From contig DASXQR010000187.1 of NCBI GenBank assembly GCA_036507075.1, positions 12,519-76,518 of the forward strand: a DNA stretch of 64,000 nucleotides, in the 5' to 3' direction. Below are positions 28,490-38,344 of this stretch, one piece after another. The notes beneath the pieces were generated by a model that was not told the origin of the DNA, searched no databases, and was given only the letters and a program-made list of their open reading frames with translations. Position 1 is the first letter of the stretch, and the number at the start of each line of letters is the position of its first letter. The translations under genes were made by a program, and so were the position numbers. This DNA is from Acidobacteriota bacterium (GTDB taxonomy: Bacteria; Acidobacteriota; UBA6911; JACQSX01).

Positions 28490-30304
28490 TCACTTTCCAA
28501 ATATCCGGTTGAACTCTGCCGGGTCGGCCTTGGGCTTGCGATCATAAGTCATCAATCCGTTGATTTCCTGCTCCACATCGGTAAGCTGCGTGTAACAGTA
28601 ACCGGCAAACAACGTATTGGCTCGCAGCGCTTTAAGCAGGCCTTCCAGCCGTTGGAGCATCGATTCTTTGGTCGGTTCAATGCCTGAATACCCCCACTCG
28701 TTTTCGCGCAACGGCACTCCCATACGGTAAGCAACGCCGCCGAATTCGGACAGAATCACCGGGGCGCCGTTGTATTGATATCCAAAAGCCAGCGCTTCCC
28801 TGCCGTTGCGCGGGATCCTGTTGCGATCCGCCTCCGCGTCTTTGTACCGGGCAGCCAGCACCTCACCGGTGCGGGCATAGTCATGAACGGTGAAAAGATC
28901 GGTTTCATCCGTGTGCTCCCACCCGTCGTTGTCCACCACGAGGCGTGTGGGATCGAGCGAACGAATCAGATGGTACATGGTCTTGGCGTGCTGCTGCTGG
29001 GCCGCGTCCGTCAAAATTCGGGGGACACCCCAGCTTTCATTAATAGGGACCCAGACGATGATGCAGGGGTGATTGAAATCCCTTGCGACAATCTGCTGCC
29101 ACTCGTCCGTGAATCTTGAGACGTAGGTGTCGTTGAAGGCCTGAGCGTTTGCCATTTCGCCCCACACCAGGAAACCTAATTTGTCGCACCAGTAGAGCCA
29201 TCGGGGATCCTCGACCTTTTGATGTTTGCGCGCCCCGTTGAAGCCGAAAGCTTTTGCCATTTTGACATCAAACTGCATTGCTTCATCGGTCGGCGGTGTC
29301 AGAATCCCTTCGGGCCAGTAACCCTGGTCTAGGACCAGCCTCAAATAGTAAGGCGCATTGTTGAGAAAGACCTTCCCGCCATGCACCGCAATTTTCCGCT
29401 GCCCGAAATAGCCGTCCACCTTGTCCAGTACGCGGTTGTCGGAGGCAACCAGTTCCAAAGTGAGGTCATAGAGCGTCGGCCTCTCCGGGCTCCAGAGCTG
29501 CTGGCCCGTCAATTTCAGGATGGCCACGGGCTGCTCATTCTGGGTTGTGATCTCCGATTGAGCCTGCAAGGCTCCGTTAAGGCGCACCGTGGTGCGGAGC
29601 TTCGAAACAGGAGCGGAGCGACTTAATAAGACCTCCACGCTTACCTGTGAGCGATCCACATCGGGAATGACGCGGAATCGGGTAATATGCACCGGATCTA
29701 CGGCTTCCAGCCAGACCGGCTGCCAGATGCCGGTCGTGCGCGTGTACCAGATGCTCTCGGATTTCGGTTTCCAGTACTGTTTTCCTCGGGGAATGCTCAA
29801 ATCGGTGGAAGGATCAAAAACGCGCAGCATTATGGTATTGTCGCCCGGCCTCAACCGATCCGTGATATCGGCGGAAAACGGCACATGCCCCCCGCGGTGC
29901 AGCGTCACCTGATCCCCATTGACCCATACTATGGCCTCATAATCGACCGCGCCGAAGCTCAAAATTGTGCGCCGATTCCGCCATTGTTCGGGAATCTGGA
30001 TGACACGCCGGTACCAGACGACATCGTGATACGAGGTGTCCTCGATACCGCTCAATTTGCTCTGGAAACAGTAGGGCACGATGATGCTCCTGGAGAACTT
30101 CTTCGATCCCGCATACCACCTTTCGCCCATGCCCCGGTCGGAATCGTCAAACTCAAATTCCCATCTCCCGTTGAGCGCAAGCCAGTCAGATCGAACGAAG
30201 TCGGGGCGGGGGAATTCCGAACGAGGAACGGCCGCAGATTGTGCCCAGAGGCAGAGGGGTAAAGACGATATAAACAGCAGGCAGAAGCGCAGTAGTTTGA
30301 TCAT
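28490..30304 (-). CDS. Glycoside hydrolase family 2, secreted
   Basis: LNGRWEF, FGAVDY, TTGIWQPVWLE, LDQGYWP, RKHQKVE, NHPCII.W.PINESWG, SEFGG, YTQLTDVEQE. Confidence 0.92.
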   Translation of the reverse strand: MIKLLRFCLLFISSLPLCLWAQSAAVPRSEFPRPDFVRSDWLALNGRWEFEFDDSDRGMGERWYAGSKKFSRSIIVPYCFQSKLSGIEDTSYHDVVWYRRVIQIPEQWRNRRTILSFGAVDYEAIVWVNGDQVTLHRGGHVPFSADITDRLRPGDNTIMLRVFDPSTDLSIPRGKQYWKPKSESIWYTRTTGIWQPVWLEAVDPVHITRFRVIPDVDRSQVSVEVLLSRSAPVSKLRTTVRLNGALQAQSEITTQNEQPVAILKLTGQQLWSPERPTLYDLTLELVASDNRVLDKVDGYFGQRKIAVHGGKVFLNNAPYYLRLVLDQGYWPEGILTPPTDEAMQFDVKMAKAFGFNGARKHQKVEDPRWLYWCDKLGFLVWGEMANAQAFNDTYVSRFTDEWQQIVARDFNHPCIIVWVPINESWGVPRILTDAAQQQHAKTMYHLIRSLDPTRLVVDNDGWEHTDETDLFTVHDYARTGEVLAARYKDAEADRNRIPRNGREALAFGYQYNGAPVILSEFGGVAYRMGVPLRENEWGYSGIEPTKESMLQRLEGLLKALRANTLFAGYCYTQLTDVEQEINGLMTYDRKPKADPAEFNRIFGK

Positions 30305-30415
30305 ACGTTTAACCGAGGTTGAAAGTGAATTTTACGACAGATGATTCCGTTTTCACCACAAAGACCACTACCTGAATTTGACAGGAACCGCTCAATGGTC
30401 GACAATTTTCAGGAG

Positions 30416-31108
30416 ATGACCAAAGAACAGGAAGCGATTTTGGGGGAGTCAACCCCGGCGGCTGTCGCCGACAAACTCACCGTCCACGAGATTTTTTACA
30501 GTATTCAGGGCGAGTCCAGTTACATGGGCTTGCCGTGCGTCTTTGTGCGCCTGACAGCCTGCAATCTTCGCTGCGCTTACTGCGACACGGAATACGCCTT
30601 CTACGAAGGCCGGGACATGACTATCGAAGAAATACTGTCCCGGGTGACCTCTTTTGGCTGCGATCTGGTCGAAGTCACCGGAGGCGAACCGCTTCTGCAG
30701 TCGGCGGTGATTACTTTGATTCGCGAGCTGATTAAAAACGGGAAAGAAGTGCTGGTGGAAACAGGCGGAAGCCTGGATATCTCGTCTCTGCCCCGGCAAA
30801 CCGTCATTATTCTGGATATCAAGACACCCGGATCAAAGATGGAGCATAAGAATCTGTGGTCCAATCTCGACCATCTGAAAGCTTCTGACCAGATCAAATT
30901 CGTGGTCTGCGATCGCGGGGATTATGAGTGGTCGCGGGACATCATACGACAGCACCGGCTGGACGAAAGATTTCACCTTCTGATTTCACCGGTGCACGGC
31001 GGCAACTTGTCAGATCTTGCGAGCTGGATTCTGGAGGATCAGCTGAAGGTCAGGCTCCAGATTCAATTGCACAAATACATCTGGGGCGCCGATGCCCGCG
31101 GCGTCTAA
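30416..31108 (+). CDS. queE: 7-carboxy-7-deazaguanine synthase-like radical SAM protein
   Basis: EIFYSIQGE, CNLRCAYCDT, TGGEP, QLHKYIW. Confidence 0.9.
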   Translation: MTKEQEAILGESTPAAVADKLTVHEIFYSIQGESSYMGLPCVFVRLTACNLRCAYCDTEYAFYEGRDMTIEEILSRVTSFGCDLVEVTGGEPLLQSAVITLIRELIKNGKEVLVETGGSLDISSLPRQTVIILDIKTPGSKMEHKNLWSNLDHLKASDQIKFVVCDRGDYEWSRDIIRQHRLDERFHLLISPVHGGNLSDLASWILEDQLKVRLQIQLHKYIWGADARGV

Positions 31109-31110
31109 AA

Positions 31111-31292
31111 AACTGAACCGCCAAGAGCGCAAAGAACGCCAGGGATATCTTTTCTGTTAGAAGCAAGCTTTGCGGAGCCTGACAATTGGCACGCCGCACA
31201 CACTTGATGCTCTTCGCCTGTTGAAATAATCAGGCCAAATCAGAGACTTGGCGTTCTTTGCGCTCTTGGCGGTTCAGTTTTGGCGGTTCAGT
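31111..31292. repeat. ACCGCCAAG 9-mer inverted repeat element with duplicated right end
   Basis: aactgaaccgccaagagcgcaaagaacgcca / tggcgttctttgcgctcttggcggttcagtt; extra ttggcggttcagt. Confidence 0.88.
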
Positions 31293-31293
31293 C

Positions 31294-32280
31294 TTAAGGA
31301 ATGGCGAATTCCACATCCCGTAGTTCTGCCAGTTCATCCTTCATATATTTCTTCAGGCGATCAGCCACCTTCTTTTCCGCAACGCGGATCGCTTCGCGGG
31401 TTACGCCAAATTTGTCGGCAATCTCCTGAAGTGTTTTGGGATTTTCCGCCACCAGGCGTTCCAACAGGATAACCCGGTCACGCTCCTTCAAGTCTTTCGC
31501 AAAAGCGGTGAGCTTCTCGTTTAGAAGCTTTTTCAATTCACCCTGTGCCAGTCTTTCATCGATTAATTCCTCCGCGCTCGCCAGTCGATCCATAACTCTG
31601 GTCTCATTATCGTCGCCGACGGGCTGCTCGAGCGAAACATCAGTGGAATTGAGCGCCTTTTCTACTTCAATCACATCTTCCTCCCTGACGCTCAGGCGTT
31701 TGGCCAGCAACTGGGGCGTCGGGTCGAATCCTTCCAGGCGAAGGCGCTCCTTTTCACGGCGCAGGTTGAAAAGCAGTTTCCGGCGGTCATTGGTGGTGCC
31801 CACTTTGACAATGCGGTAATTGTCCAGGATGAACTTGATGATGAACGCCTTGATCCAGTAGCTTGCATAGGTGGGAAGGCGTGTCCCTTTTCCGGGATCA
31901 TAATGCTTCACCGCCTGAATGAGGCCTATGTTTCCTTCCTGAATAAGATCCATCAGATTGGCGTAGACGCGGTGGTAGATCATTGCGATGCGAACCACCA
32001 GGCGAAGATTGGCCGTAACCAGGCGGAATCCCGCCTGGGAATCGCCCGTTTCACGGAACAGCCGCGTCAACTTCTGCTCTTCTTCTGGGGTGAGCGGCTC
32101 GTAGTCGCTGATCTCCAACAAGTAACGGCGAAGCGGATCAAGCCGGGCGATCTCCTTCTTATCCGCCAGAACCTTATCCTTGGGTTCGACTTCACGCGGC
32201 AGTATTTCGTCCATCGACTGCAGCGCGAAATCATCAGGCTGCGGGCCCTCAACCAGTTCGTCATCCATATTCATTTTCAT
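31294..32280 (-). CDS. RNA polymerase sigma-70 family factor, RpoH-like
   Basis: ANLRLVV, DLIQEGNIGL, TYASYWI, RpoH-box-like RRKLLFNLR, region 4 TLQEIA..FGVTRE.IR. Confidence 0.88.
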   Translation of the reverse strand: MKMNMDDELVEGPQPDDFALQSMDEILPREVEPKDKVLADKKEIARLDPLRRYLLEISDYEPLTPEEEQKLTRLFRETGDSQAGFRLVTANLRLVVRIAMIYHRVYANLMDLIQEGNIGLIQAVKHYDPGKGTRLPTYASYWIKAFIIKFILDNYRIVKVGTTNDRRKLLFNLRREKERLRLEGFDPTPQLLAKRLSVREEDVIEVEKALNSTDVSLEQPVGDDNETRVMDRLASAEELIDERLAQGELKKLLNEKLTAFAKDLKERDRVILLERLVAENPKTLQEIADKFGVTREAIRVAEKKVADRLKKYMKDELAELRDVEFAIP

Positions 32281-32329
32281 TCTTTCACAACACGCGACTA
32301 CAGTGCCAAAAACCCCCAGGCCGCGAGTT

Positions 32330-32463
32330 TGCCACGAAGCCACGAAGGCACGAAGATGTAAACTGGTCTTAGAGTGTCACTTCAAAGAACATGATTGTGG
32401 ATTTCGTAATGTGTCACTTCGGAGTAAATACGAAGACCTTCGTGTCTTCGTGCCTTCGTGGCA
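32330..32463. repeat. Inverted CACGAAG 9-mer element
   Basis: tgccacgaagccacgaaggcacgaag / cttcgtgtcttcgtgccttcgtggca. Confidence 0.88.
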
Positions 32464-32499
32464 GCTGGTCGCGGCTCTGAAGTTTGCGGACTTATCCAT

Positions 32500-32970
32500 T
32501 TACTGCTGCTTTGGCCATAGGTCTCCTCTGAGTTGGCGCAGGGCTTCAAACGCGACTACGCCCACGGCGGTGGAAAGATTTAAGCTTCGAACCGGTCCAT
32601 CCATTGGTATGTAGGCCGTTCGGTCGGCGAACGCGGCCAGCAGGTCCGCGGGCAGCCCGGCGGTCTCCCGACCGAAGACAAGATAGTCTCCGTCCTGATA
32701 ACGGATGGCGCTGTAAAGCTGACGGCCGCGAGTGGAGAAGAGGTAAAAATTCTTGCCTTCGAGCTCATTCCAGAATTTCTTCGCTTCCGGGTGGCGCACC
32801 AGTTGAACATGCGACCAGTAGTCCAGACCCGCCCGCTTGAGCGTGCGATCAGTGATGCGAAATCCCAAACGACCCACCAGGTGCAACACTGAGCCTGTAG
32901 CGGCACAGAGCCGCGCGATGTTTCCCGTATTAGGCGGAATTTCCGGTTCGATCAAGACAATGTGGAGCAT
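32500..32970 (-). CDS. trmL: tRNA (cytidine(34)-2'-O)-methyltransferase
   Basis: PEIPPNTGNIAR, RAGLDYW, FGRETAGL, RSLNLS. Confidence 0.95.
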   Translation of the reverse strand: MLHIVLIEPEIPPNTGNIARLCAATGSVLHLVGRLGFRITDRTLKRAGLDYWSHVQLVRHPEAKKFWNELEGKNFYLFSTRGRQLYSAIRYQDGDYLVFGRETAGLPADLLAAFADRTAYIPMDGPVRSLNLSTAVGVVAFEALRQLRGDLWPKQQ

Positions 32971-32991
32971 GGCGGTCGTTGCAGGGTTTTA

Positions 32992-33197
32992 GTTATGAAG
33001 GTTTATGAAGAGTTATGAAGAGGAATGAAGGGGAAGGAAGGAGCCGGCATCCGAACCGCGCGCGTAAGCAAGCGGACCCTCCCAAGTAACGATTAACATC
33101 AAATTAGTGAGAAGTCCTGCATCCAGTGTCCGCTTGCTTACGCGCGCGGTTCGGATGCCGGCTCCGTTCCTTCCCCCCTTCTTCCCCTTCATAACCC
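32992..33197. repeat. Decamer (TTATGAAG) inverted arrays enclosing a REP-doublet-like perfect 38-bp stem
   Basis: ggagccggcatccgaaccgcgcgcgtaagcaagcggac (33040-33077) is exact reverse complement of 33128-33165. Confidence 0.9.
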
Positions 33198-34097
33198 TAG
33201 AGCTTCCAGGCGATTTTCCAGCACAAGCTCCGAAGAGAAATTCTCGACCTGTAGGTAATTGGCTGCCGCCTGAATCAACGCCTCCTGAGGAACCAAGCCA
33301 ACGATCTCAGTTGAAGCGACTTGAACTCGGCGGCTGGCGGCCTCTTCTCGTACCCGGTCAAATACGCGCTGGATGGGCGTCGCGCGGTAGTTTGTAAGAT
33401 TCATTGATACCTGCGTCTGGCGCCGTTCCGGGATTGGCAATCCGAGCGCCCTGACGAATTCGAGTCCGCCGCTGCTGAAGCGAACCGCCCTGGCAATGTC
33501 TTTGGCGATGGTCAGATCTTCCGTCTGCAGAAAAACGTTGAATGCGATTAATACCTCGCGGGCTCCAACCACCGTCGCACCCGCCGTGGGGTGGACTTTG
33601 CGCTCGCCAAAATCAGGCACTCGTGAATCGTCCGTCGAGATTTGATCACGGAGCTGCTCGAATTCTCCTCTACGGATGTCGGCGAGATTCTTTCTTTCCG
33701 GACGGTTAGCTGCCGCCTCATACAAATAGACGGGGATTCCGAAATCACGTGCGATCCTCTTTCCCGTGCGCCGGGCAATCTGCGCGCATTCCTGGAGAGT
33801 GATGTTTCGAATGGGAACGAATGGAATCACGTCGGTGGCTCCTAGCCGCGGATGCGCTCCCTGGTGCCGACTCAGGTCGATCAATTGTGCCGCTCTTCCG
33901 GTGGCACGGACGGCGGCTTCCTCAACCGACGCGGGAGTGCCGGCAAAAGTAATAACAGAGCGGTGATGCGCAGCGTCTTTGTGCTGGTGCAAAACAATCG
34001 CCTGCGGAACGTCGCTAATGGCGGCAACGATCCGGTCGATGACATTCTGGTCCCGCCCTTCGCTGAAATTCGGGACGCATTCAACAACCGGAGGCAT
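33189..34097 (-). CDS. ftcD: Glutamate formimidoyltransferase
   Basis: VECVPNFSEGR, HHRSVIT, HQGAHPRLGATDV.PFVP, HPTAGA..VGAR, QVSMNL. Confidence 0.93.
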   Translation of the reverse strand: MPPVVECVPNFSEGRDQNVIDRIVAAISDVPQAIVLHQHKDAAHHRSVITFAGTPASVEEAAVRATGRAAQLIDLSRHQGAHPRLGATDVIPFVPIRNITLQECAQIARRTGKRIARDFGIPVYLYEAAANRPERKNLADIRRGEFEQLRDQISTDDSRVPDFGERKVHPTAGATVVGAREVLIAFNVFLQTEDLTIAKDIARAVRFSSGGLEFVRALGLPIPERRQTQVSMNLTNYRATPIQRVFDRVREEAASRRVQVASTEIVGLVPQEALIQAAANYLQVENFSSELVLENRLEALGL

Positions 34098-34131
34098 GCG
34101 CTTAGGTTATCACCGGCCAACATCGGCCAAT

Positions 34132-34494
34132 AGTCATTGGTCATTAGTCATGGTTTTCGGGTTACGGGTTGGCGGGGTTACGGGTTTTCGAGTTACGGGT
34201 TGGCGGGTTACGGGTTGGCGCGTTGCGGGTTGGCGCGTTGCGGGTTGGCGGGTTCCGGGTTGGCGGGTTACGGGTCGGCGGGTTGCGGGTCGGCGGGTTG
34301 GCGGGTTACAGGTTGGCGCGTTGCGGGTTGGCGGGTTAGTGGTTGGCAGGTTACGGGTTATCCAAAATTGCGATGTCAGGCCGCGCCTATAATTTCCGGA
34401 AGACCCGTAAATTGGAAACCTGTAACTTGGAAACCCGGAACCCGAAAACTCGTAACTCGAAAACCCGTAACCCGAAAACCCGTAACCCGAAAAC
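34132..34494. repeat. Long inverted GGGTT-type arrays (alternating 7+8 nt units)
   Basis: (cgggttggcgggtta)-like units for about 200 bp on left, (aacccgaaaacccgt)n on right. Confidence 0.88.
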
Positions 34495-34521
34495 CATTAC
34501 GACGATTCCGAGTGGAAACCG

Positions 34522-34902
34522 TCAAATCCGTGGAGACGGCGGAGGCGTGGAAATCTGAGCCTGTTGTCTTTCGCGCACGAAGACGTCAATCAGAGCGGCG
34601 TCTTCCCTGCTGATGTCGAGGAATTTCAGCCCCATCCCGGGTTTGCGGGAAGTCTTCGAGTCGTATTCCTTGCTCCAGACTACTTCGGCGGCGCATTCTA
34701 GCGTCTGCTTATTGCCCGGAAGATTGAAGCGCAGACGCACACTTAGCCCCGGTTGCTTGGGATTGATAGTCTGTATATAGATACCGGTGCTGCTTATGTT
34801 TGTGGCGTACCCGAAAAAGACCTCGTGCGCAGCTTCTACGCGTATTTGCCGGATAAGGATCGGGTAACGGAGCCCTACCCGGCGTGTTGTTTGCTGCACC
34901 AA
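34522..34902 (-). CDS. PilZ domain protein (TIGR02266-like)
   Basis: NISSTGIYI, AEVVW, PGMGLKF motifs; start uncertain. Confidence 0.8.
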   Translation of the reverse strand: MVQQTTRRVGLRYPILIRQIRVEAAHEVFFGYATNISSTGIYIQTINPKQPGLSVRLRFNLPGNKQTLECAAEVVWSKEYDSKTSRKPGMGLKFLDISREDAALIDVFVRERQQAQISTPPPSPRI

Positions 34903-34977
34903 AACGGACTCCCGTCAGGCTCACCAACCGTCATAAATTTCCATTATCATATGAATCTTTAACTTCTTTTCAATTCA

Positions 34978-35979
34978 ATGCCCGTGATTGAAGTTACAAA
35001 TGTGACCAAAGTTTTTAAGACTTTTGAGCGCCGCGAGGGCGTCTGGGGCGGAATTCAAAACCTCTTTGTGCGGGATTACCGCGATCTGAGGGCCGTCGAC
35101 GACATCTCCTTCACGATCGAGGAGGGCGAAATGGTCGGTTACATCGGCGCCAACGGGGCGGGAAAGTCAACCACAATCAAGATGCTGACCGGCATCCTGG
35201 TCCCCACATCGGGCAAAATCGTCGCTAAAGGCTTGGTACCATTTGAGAACCGGGCTCGCTACACCCGGCATATCGGCGTGGTTTTTGGCCAGCGCACCCA
35301 GTTATGGTGGGACATTGCGGTAGTGGAATCTTTCAAGCTGCTCAAGAAAATCTACGGCGTGTCGGACCAGGATTACGAGCAGCGCATCAAGATCTTCGAT
35401 AACGTTCTGGACTTGAAACCCCTGCTGAACAAGCCCGCCCGCAAACTGAGTCTCGGGCAGCGCATGCGCTGTGATCTCGCCGCGTCTCTGATTCACAACC
35501 CGAGCATACTCTTTCTGGACGAGCCTACCATCGGCCTGGATGTAGTCGCGAAAGAAAAGATCCGGCAGTTTCTACGACACATCAACCGCGAATTCAAAGT
35601 GACGCTTTTGTTGACCACGCACGACTTGTCCGACATTGAAGAACTTTGCCGGCGCATCATGATCATCGACAGGGGAAAACTGCTTTTTGACGGCCAACTG
35701 GCATCGCTCAAGAGCAGGCTGGCGCACACGTCCCAGATTGTCTTCGAACTTAAGGAGCCTGCTCGTGTCAATGTGGGAGAACTTGGCCTGAAGGAGGATG
35801 TGGAGTTCGAGCAACTGGACGAGATGCGCTGCCGCCTGATATTCAACAAACGGACCATTTCATCCGCAGACCTGATCAAGACGATCGTTAATTCCTTTCA
35901 GCTGCGTGACCTGGTTCTGGAAGACGCGTCGATCGAAGAGGTGGTGCGGGATATTTACAATCGGGGCATCGCCGAATGA
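34978..35979 (+). CDS. ABC transporter ATP-binding protein
   Basis: GANGAGKS Walker A, FGQRTQLWWD, LSLGQRMR, LDEPTIGLD. Confidence 0.95.
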   Translation: MPVIEVTNVTKVFKTFERREGVWGGIQNLFVRDYRDLRAVDDISFTIEEGEMVGYIGANGAGKSTTIKMLTGILVPTSGKIVAKGLVPFENRARYTRHIGVVFGQRTQLWWDIAVVESFKLLKKIYGVSDQDYEQRIKIFDNVLDLKPLLNKPARKLSLGQRMRCDLAASLIHNPSILFLDEPTIGLDVVAKEKIRQFLRHINREFKVTLLLTTHDLSDIEELCRRIMIIDRGKLLFDGQLASLKSRLAHTSQIVFELKEPARVNVGELGLKEDVEFEQLDEMRCRLIFNKRTISSADLIKTIVNSFQLRDLVLEDASIEEVVRDIYNRGIAE

Positions 35980-36770
35980 TCGCCGCCTACGCCGCATTCG
36001 CCCGCGTCTCTTTTCTTCAGATCCTTGCTTATCGAATGCGCTACTTTATCGGGATTGTCACCTATCTGGTTAATGTGACAGTGTACTACTTCATCTGGAA
36101 AGCGCTCTATCGCAACGGCGGCGTCATCCAGGGCTTCACGTTCGGCCAGATGGTGACCTACGTGGCGGTGGGCTGGATCATTCGGACTTTTTATTTCAAT
36201 AACATCGATCGGGAGATGGCCAATGACATCCAGCAGGGCCACATCGGGAGCAAGCTGGCACGCCCCGTCAACTATCAGTGGATGCATATTTCCCAGGCAG
36301 CAGGGGAGTCGCTGTTTCGAATAATGCTTTTCACGGTTCCTACGGCCGCTGTAATCCTGGCGGTTTACCCTGTTCAAGCTCCCGCGTCATGGCTTGCCTT
36401 CACCGCCTTTCTGTGTTCACTGCTCTTCTCGTTCCTGATTTTTGCTTCTGTGAATTTTCTGGTCGGTATCTGCTCGGTTTACCTGCATTCAATTCTGGGG
36501 TTAATACGAGCAAAATATTTCCTGATCGAGATCTTGTCAGGCCTGATAATTCCGATCAGCTTCTTTCCTGCCTCGCTGGTCCGCCTGTCTCAATGGCTTC
36601 CCTTTCAGCACATCAGTTACACTCCGTTGCTGATCTACATGGGCAAAATCACCGGATTGGGATTGGGCCGTACGATTCTGATTGAGTTCGCGTGGGCATC
36701 GGCTCTGATACTCGCCGGACATCGCGCCTGGAATCGAGCCGCACGAAAAATAGTTGTGCAGGGAGGCTGA
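35976..36770 (+). CDS. ABC-2 family transporter permease (DUF990-like)
   Basis: About six TM helices, LARPVNY, SGLIIPISFFP; operonic with ATPase. Confidence 0.88.
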   Translation: MIAAYAAFARVSFLQILAYRMRYFIGIVTYLVNVTVYYFIWKALYRNGGVIQGFTFGQMVTYVAVGWIIRTFYFNNIDREMANDIQQGHIGSKLARPVNYQWMHISQAAGESLFRIMLFTVPTAAVILAVYPVQAPASWLAFTAFLCSLLFSFLIFASVNFLVGICSVYLHSILGLIRAKYFLIEILSGLIIPISFFPASLVRLSQWLPFQHISYTPLLIYMGKITGLGLGRTILIEFAWASALILAGHRAWNRAARKIVVQGG

Positions 36771-36804
36771 GGCTGAGTCCGAGGCGGTTAGTCAGGATTT
36801 ATTC

Positions 36805-36935
36805 CGGGTTACGGGTTCCCGGGTTACGAGTTGCGAGTTAGGCTGGCTTGGCGCCTTGGTGGTCGATTCCTTTTGAACCACCAAGACACCAAGGCACCAA
36901 GCCAACCTGACCTGTAACCCGAAAGACCCGCAAAC
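36805..36935. repeat. GGGTTAC element enclosing an inside-out ACCACCAAG 9-mer pair
   Basis: ggcttggcgccttggtggt ... accaccaagacaccaaggcaccaagcc (36845-36903) within gggttac/gtaaccc arms. Confidence 0.75.
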
Positions 36936-36959
36936 TGCCCGGGTAAGGAATGCGGTCGG

Positions 36960-37748
36960 ATGAGATATCTCGGAATTCTGGCGCATTATTTCTTTCAGTA
37001 CCTGAAAACGCGGCTGGCGAACCGCGGCGATTTTTTCATCGCCGTGATTACAAGCTTTTCCGCAACCGCGGCCAGCTTTGGTTTCCTGTACATCCTGTTC
37101 TTCCGCGTCAGCTCGCTGTCCGGCTGGAAATTTGAGGAGTTGATTTTTATTTATGGTTTCTCCCTCACCTGCCTCGGGTTGTTCAATGTTGTGAGCCTGA
37201 ACCTTTATGAGTTCGGGGAGCGCTATGTGATTGAGGGAAGATTCGACCAGGTTTTGCTTCGTCCATTGCCGTCTCTTTTTCAGGTCCTGTTTGAGGCGTT
37301 TCGGATTGAATCCTTTCAGGAAGTTGTCACCGGCCTGGCAGCCATCTTTTACGCCGCGTGGAAGCTGCATCTCAGAGCCGGGACACTGGACGTGCTTCTC
37401 TTTGTATTCATGGTTTTATGCGGTGCGCTAATCTACACCAGCATTTTTGTGATTCTCACCAGCTTCAGTTTCTGGTTCGAAGACAGAATCGGGATCATTC
37501 CACCCGTATACAACATGATTCCGTTCGGCCGCTACCCGACCACCATCTATAATTTGTTTATCCAGTTCGTGCTGAGTTGGATTATTCCTTTCGCCTTTGC
37601 TTCTTTTTATCCTACGACCCTGTTTCTGGGCCATTCGGAATACCGGTTCTTTTTCACGCTCGTACCCCTGATCGCGGCTGTCTTCGGGTCGCTGGCACTA
37701 TTTCTGTGGAAAAGGGGCTCGCTGAATTATCAAAGCACGGGGACTTGA
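36960..37748 (+). CDS. ABC-2 family transporter permease (DUF990-like)
   Basis: GRFDQVLLRP, RYPTTIY, PFAFASFYP, YQSTG. Confidence 0.9.
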   Translation: MRYLGILAHYFFQYLKTRLANRGDFFIAVITSFSATAASFGFLYILFFRVSSLSGWKFEELIFIYGFSLTCLGLFNVVSLNLYEFGERYVIEGRFDQVLLRPLPSLFQVLFEAFRIESFQEVVTGLAAIFYAAWKLHLRAGTLDVLLFVFMVLCGALIYTSIFVILTSFSFWFEDRIGIIPPVYNMIPFGRYPTTIYNLFIQFVLSWIIPFAFASFYPTTLFLGHSEYRFFFTLVPLIAAVFGSLALFLWKRGSLNYQSTGT

Positions 37749-37802
37749 GCGGCCCCCGCTCCCCCACACTCCCACTCGGTGCTCGTAGTACAATGAAATC
37801 GA

Positions 37803-38303
37803 ATGACGAAATTCAATGGTCTGATTGTCCTTGCGTTGATCCTGGTCACACAGACAGCCGAGCAGGGGAGTTGCAAGATGATGGAGACTGAGATTCCAAG
37901 ATCCACTTCAACCGCGCTGGGCGGTCAGGTTGAGGCCAAACTGGAAATCAATCGCGCTGAGTACACTAATGACCCCGCCAACATCACTGTAGTGCAGGCA
38001 AAGTTTACTTTGCGAAATCTGACCGCGCAGCCGATATCGTTCCAGTTCAATTCCGGACAGATTTTTGACTGGTCGATTCTGGATGCCCAGGGGCGCAAAG
38101 TCTGGAGGTGGTCTGAAGGACGCGTGTTTGTCACCATGATGTCAGAGCGCCAACTGGGCGCAACCCCCTGGAATTTTGAAGAAGAGATTCCGCTCGCGTC
38201 GGAAGACAATATTCCCTATCCTGCCGGCAATTACACGCTGGTCGCCGAACTGGCGGCTGACAAGAAAGCTAGTGCCAGCGTTCCATTCCGCATTGTGCCC
38301 TGA
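37803..38303 (+). CDS. Exported protein with BsuPI-like (intracellular proteinase inhibitor) domain
   Basis: Signal peptide; LRNLT.QPI.FQFNSGQIFD..I.D.QG..VWRWSEGR.F pattern. Confidence 0.7.
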   Translation: MTKFNGLIVLALILVTQTAEQGSCKMMETEIPRSTSTALGGQVEAKLEINRAEYTNDPANITVVQAKFTLRNLTAQPISFQFNSGQIFDWSILDAQGRKVWRWSEGRVFVTMMSERQLGATPWNFEEEIPLASEDNIPYPAGNYTLVAELAADKKASASVPFRIVP

Positions 38304-38344
38304 CCACGCCAAAAAAACTTCGCAGTTTACCCCAGTGGCCAGTT

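Noticed and set aside
34137..34613. 158-aa ORF and similar ORFs at 14346-14906, 39036-39471, 45846-46213, 47086-47433, 63636-63830
   Set aside because: Translations of the tandem repeats (GLRVTG, PETRN, LPLSHS); no protein-like features.
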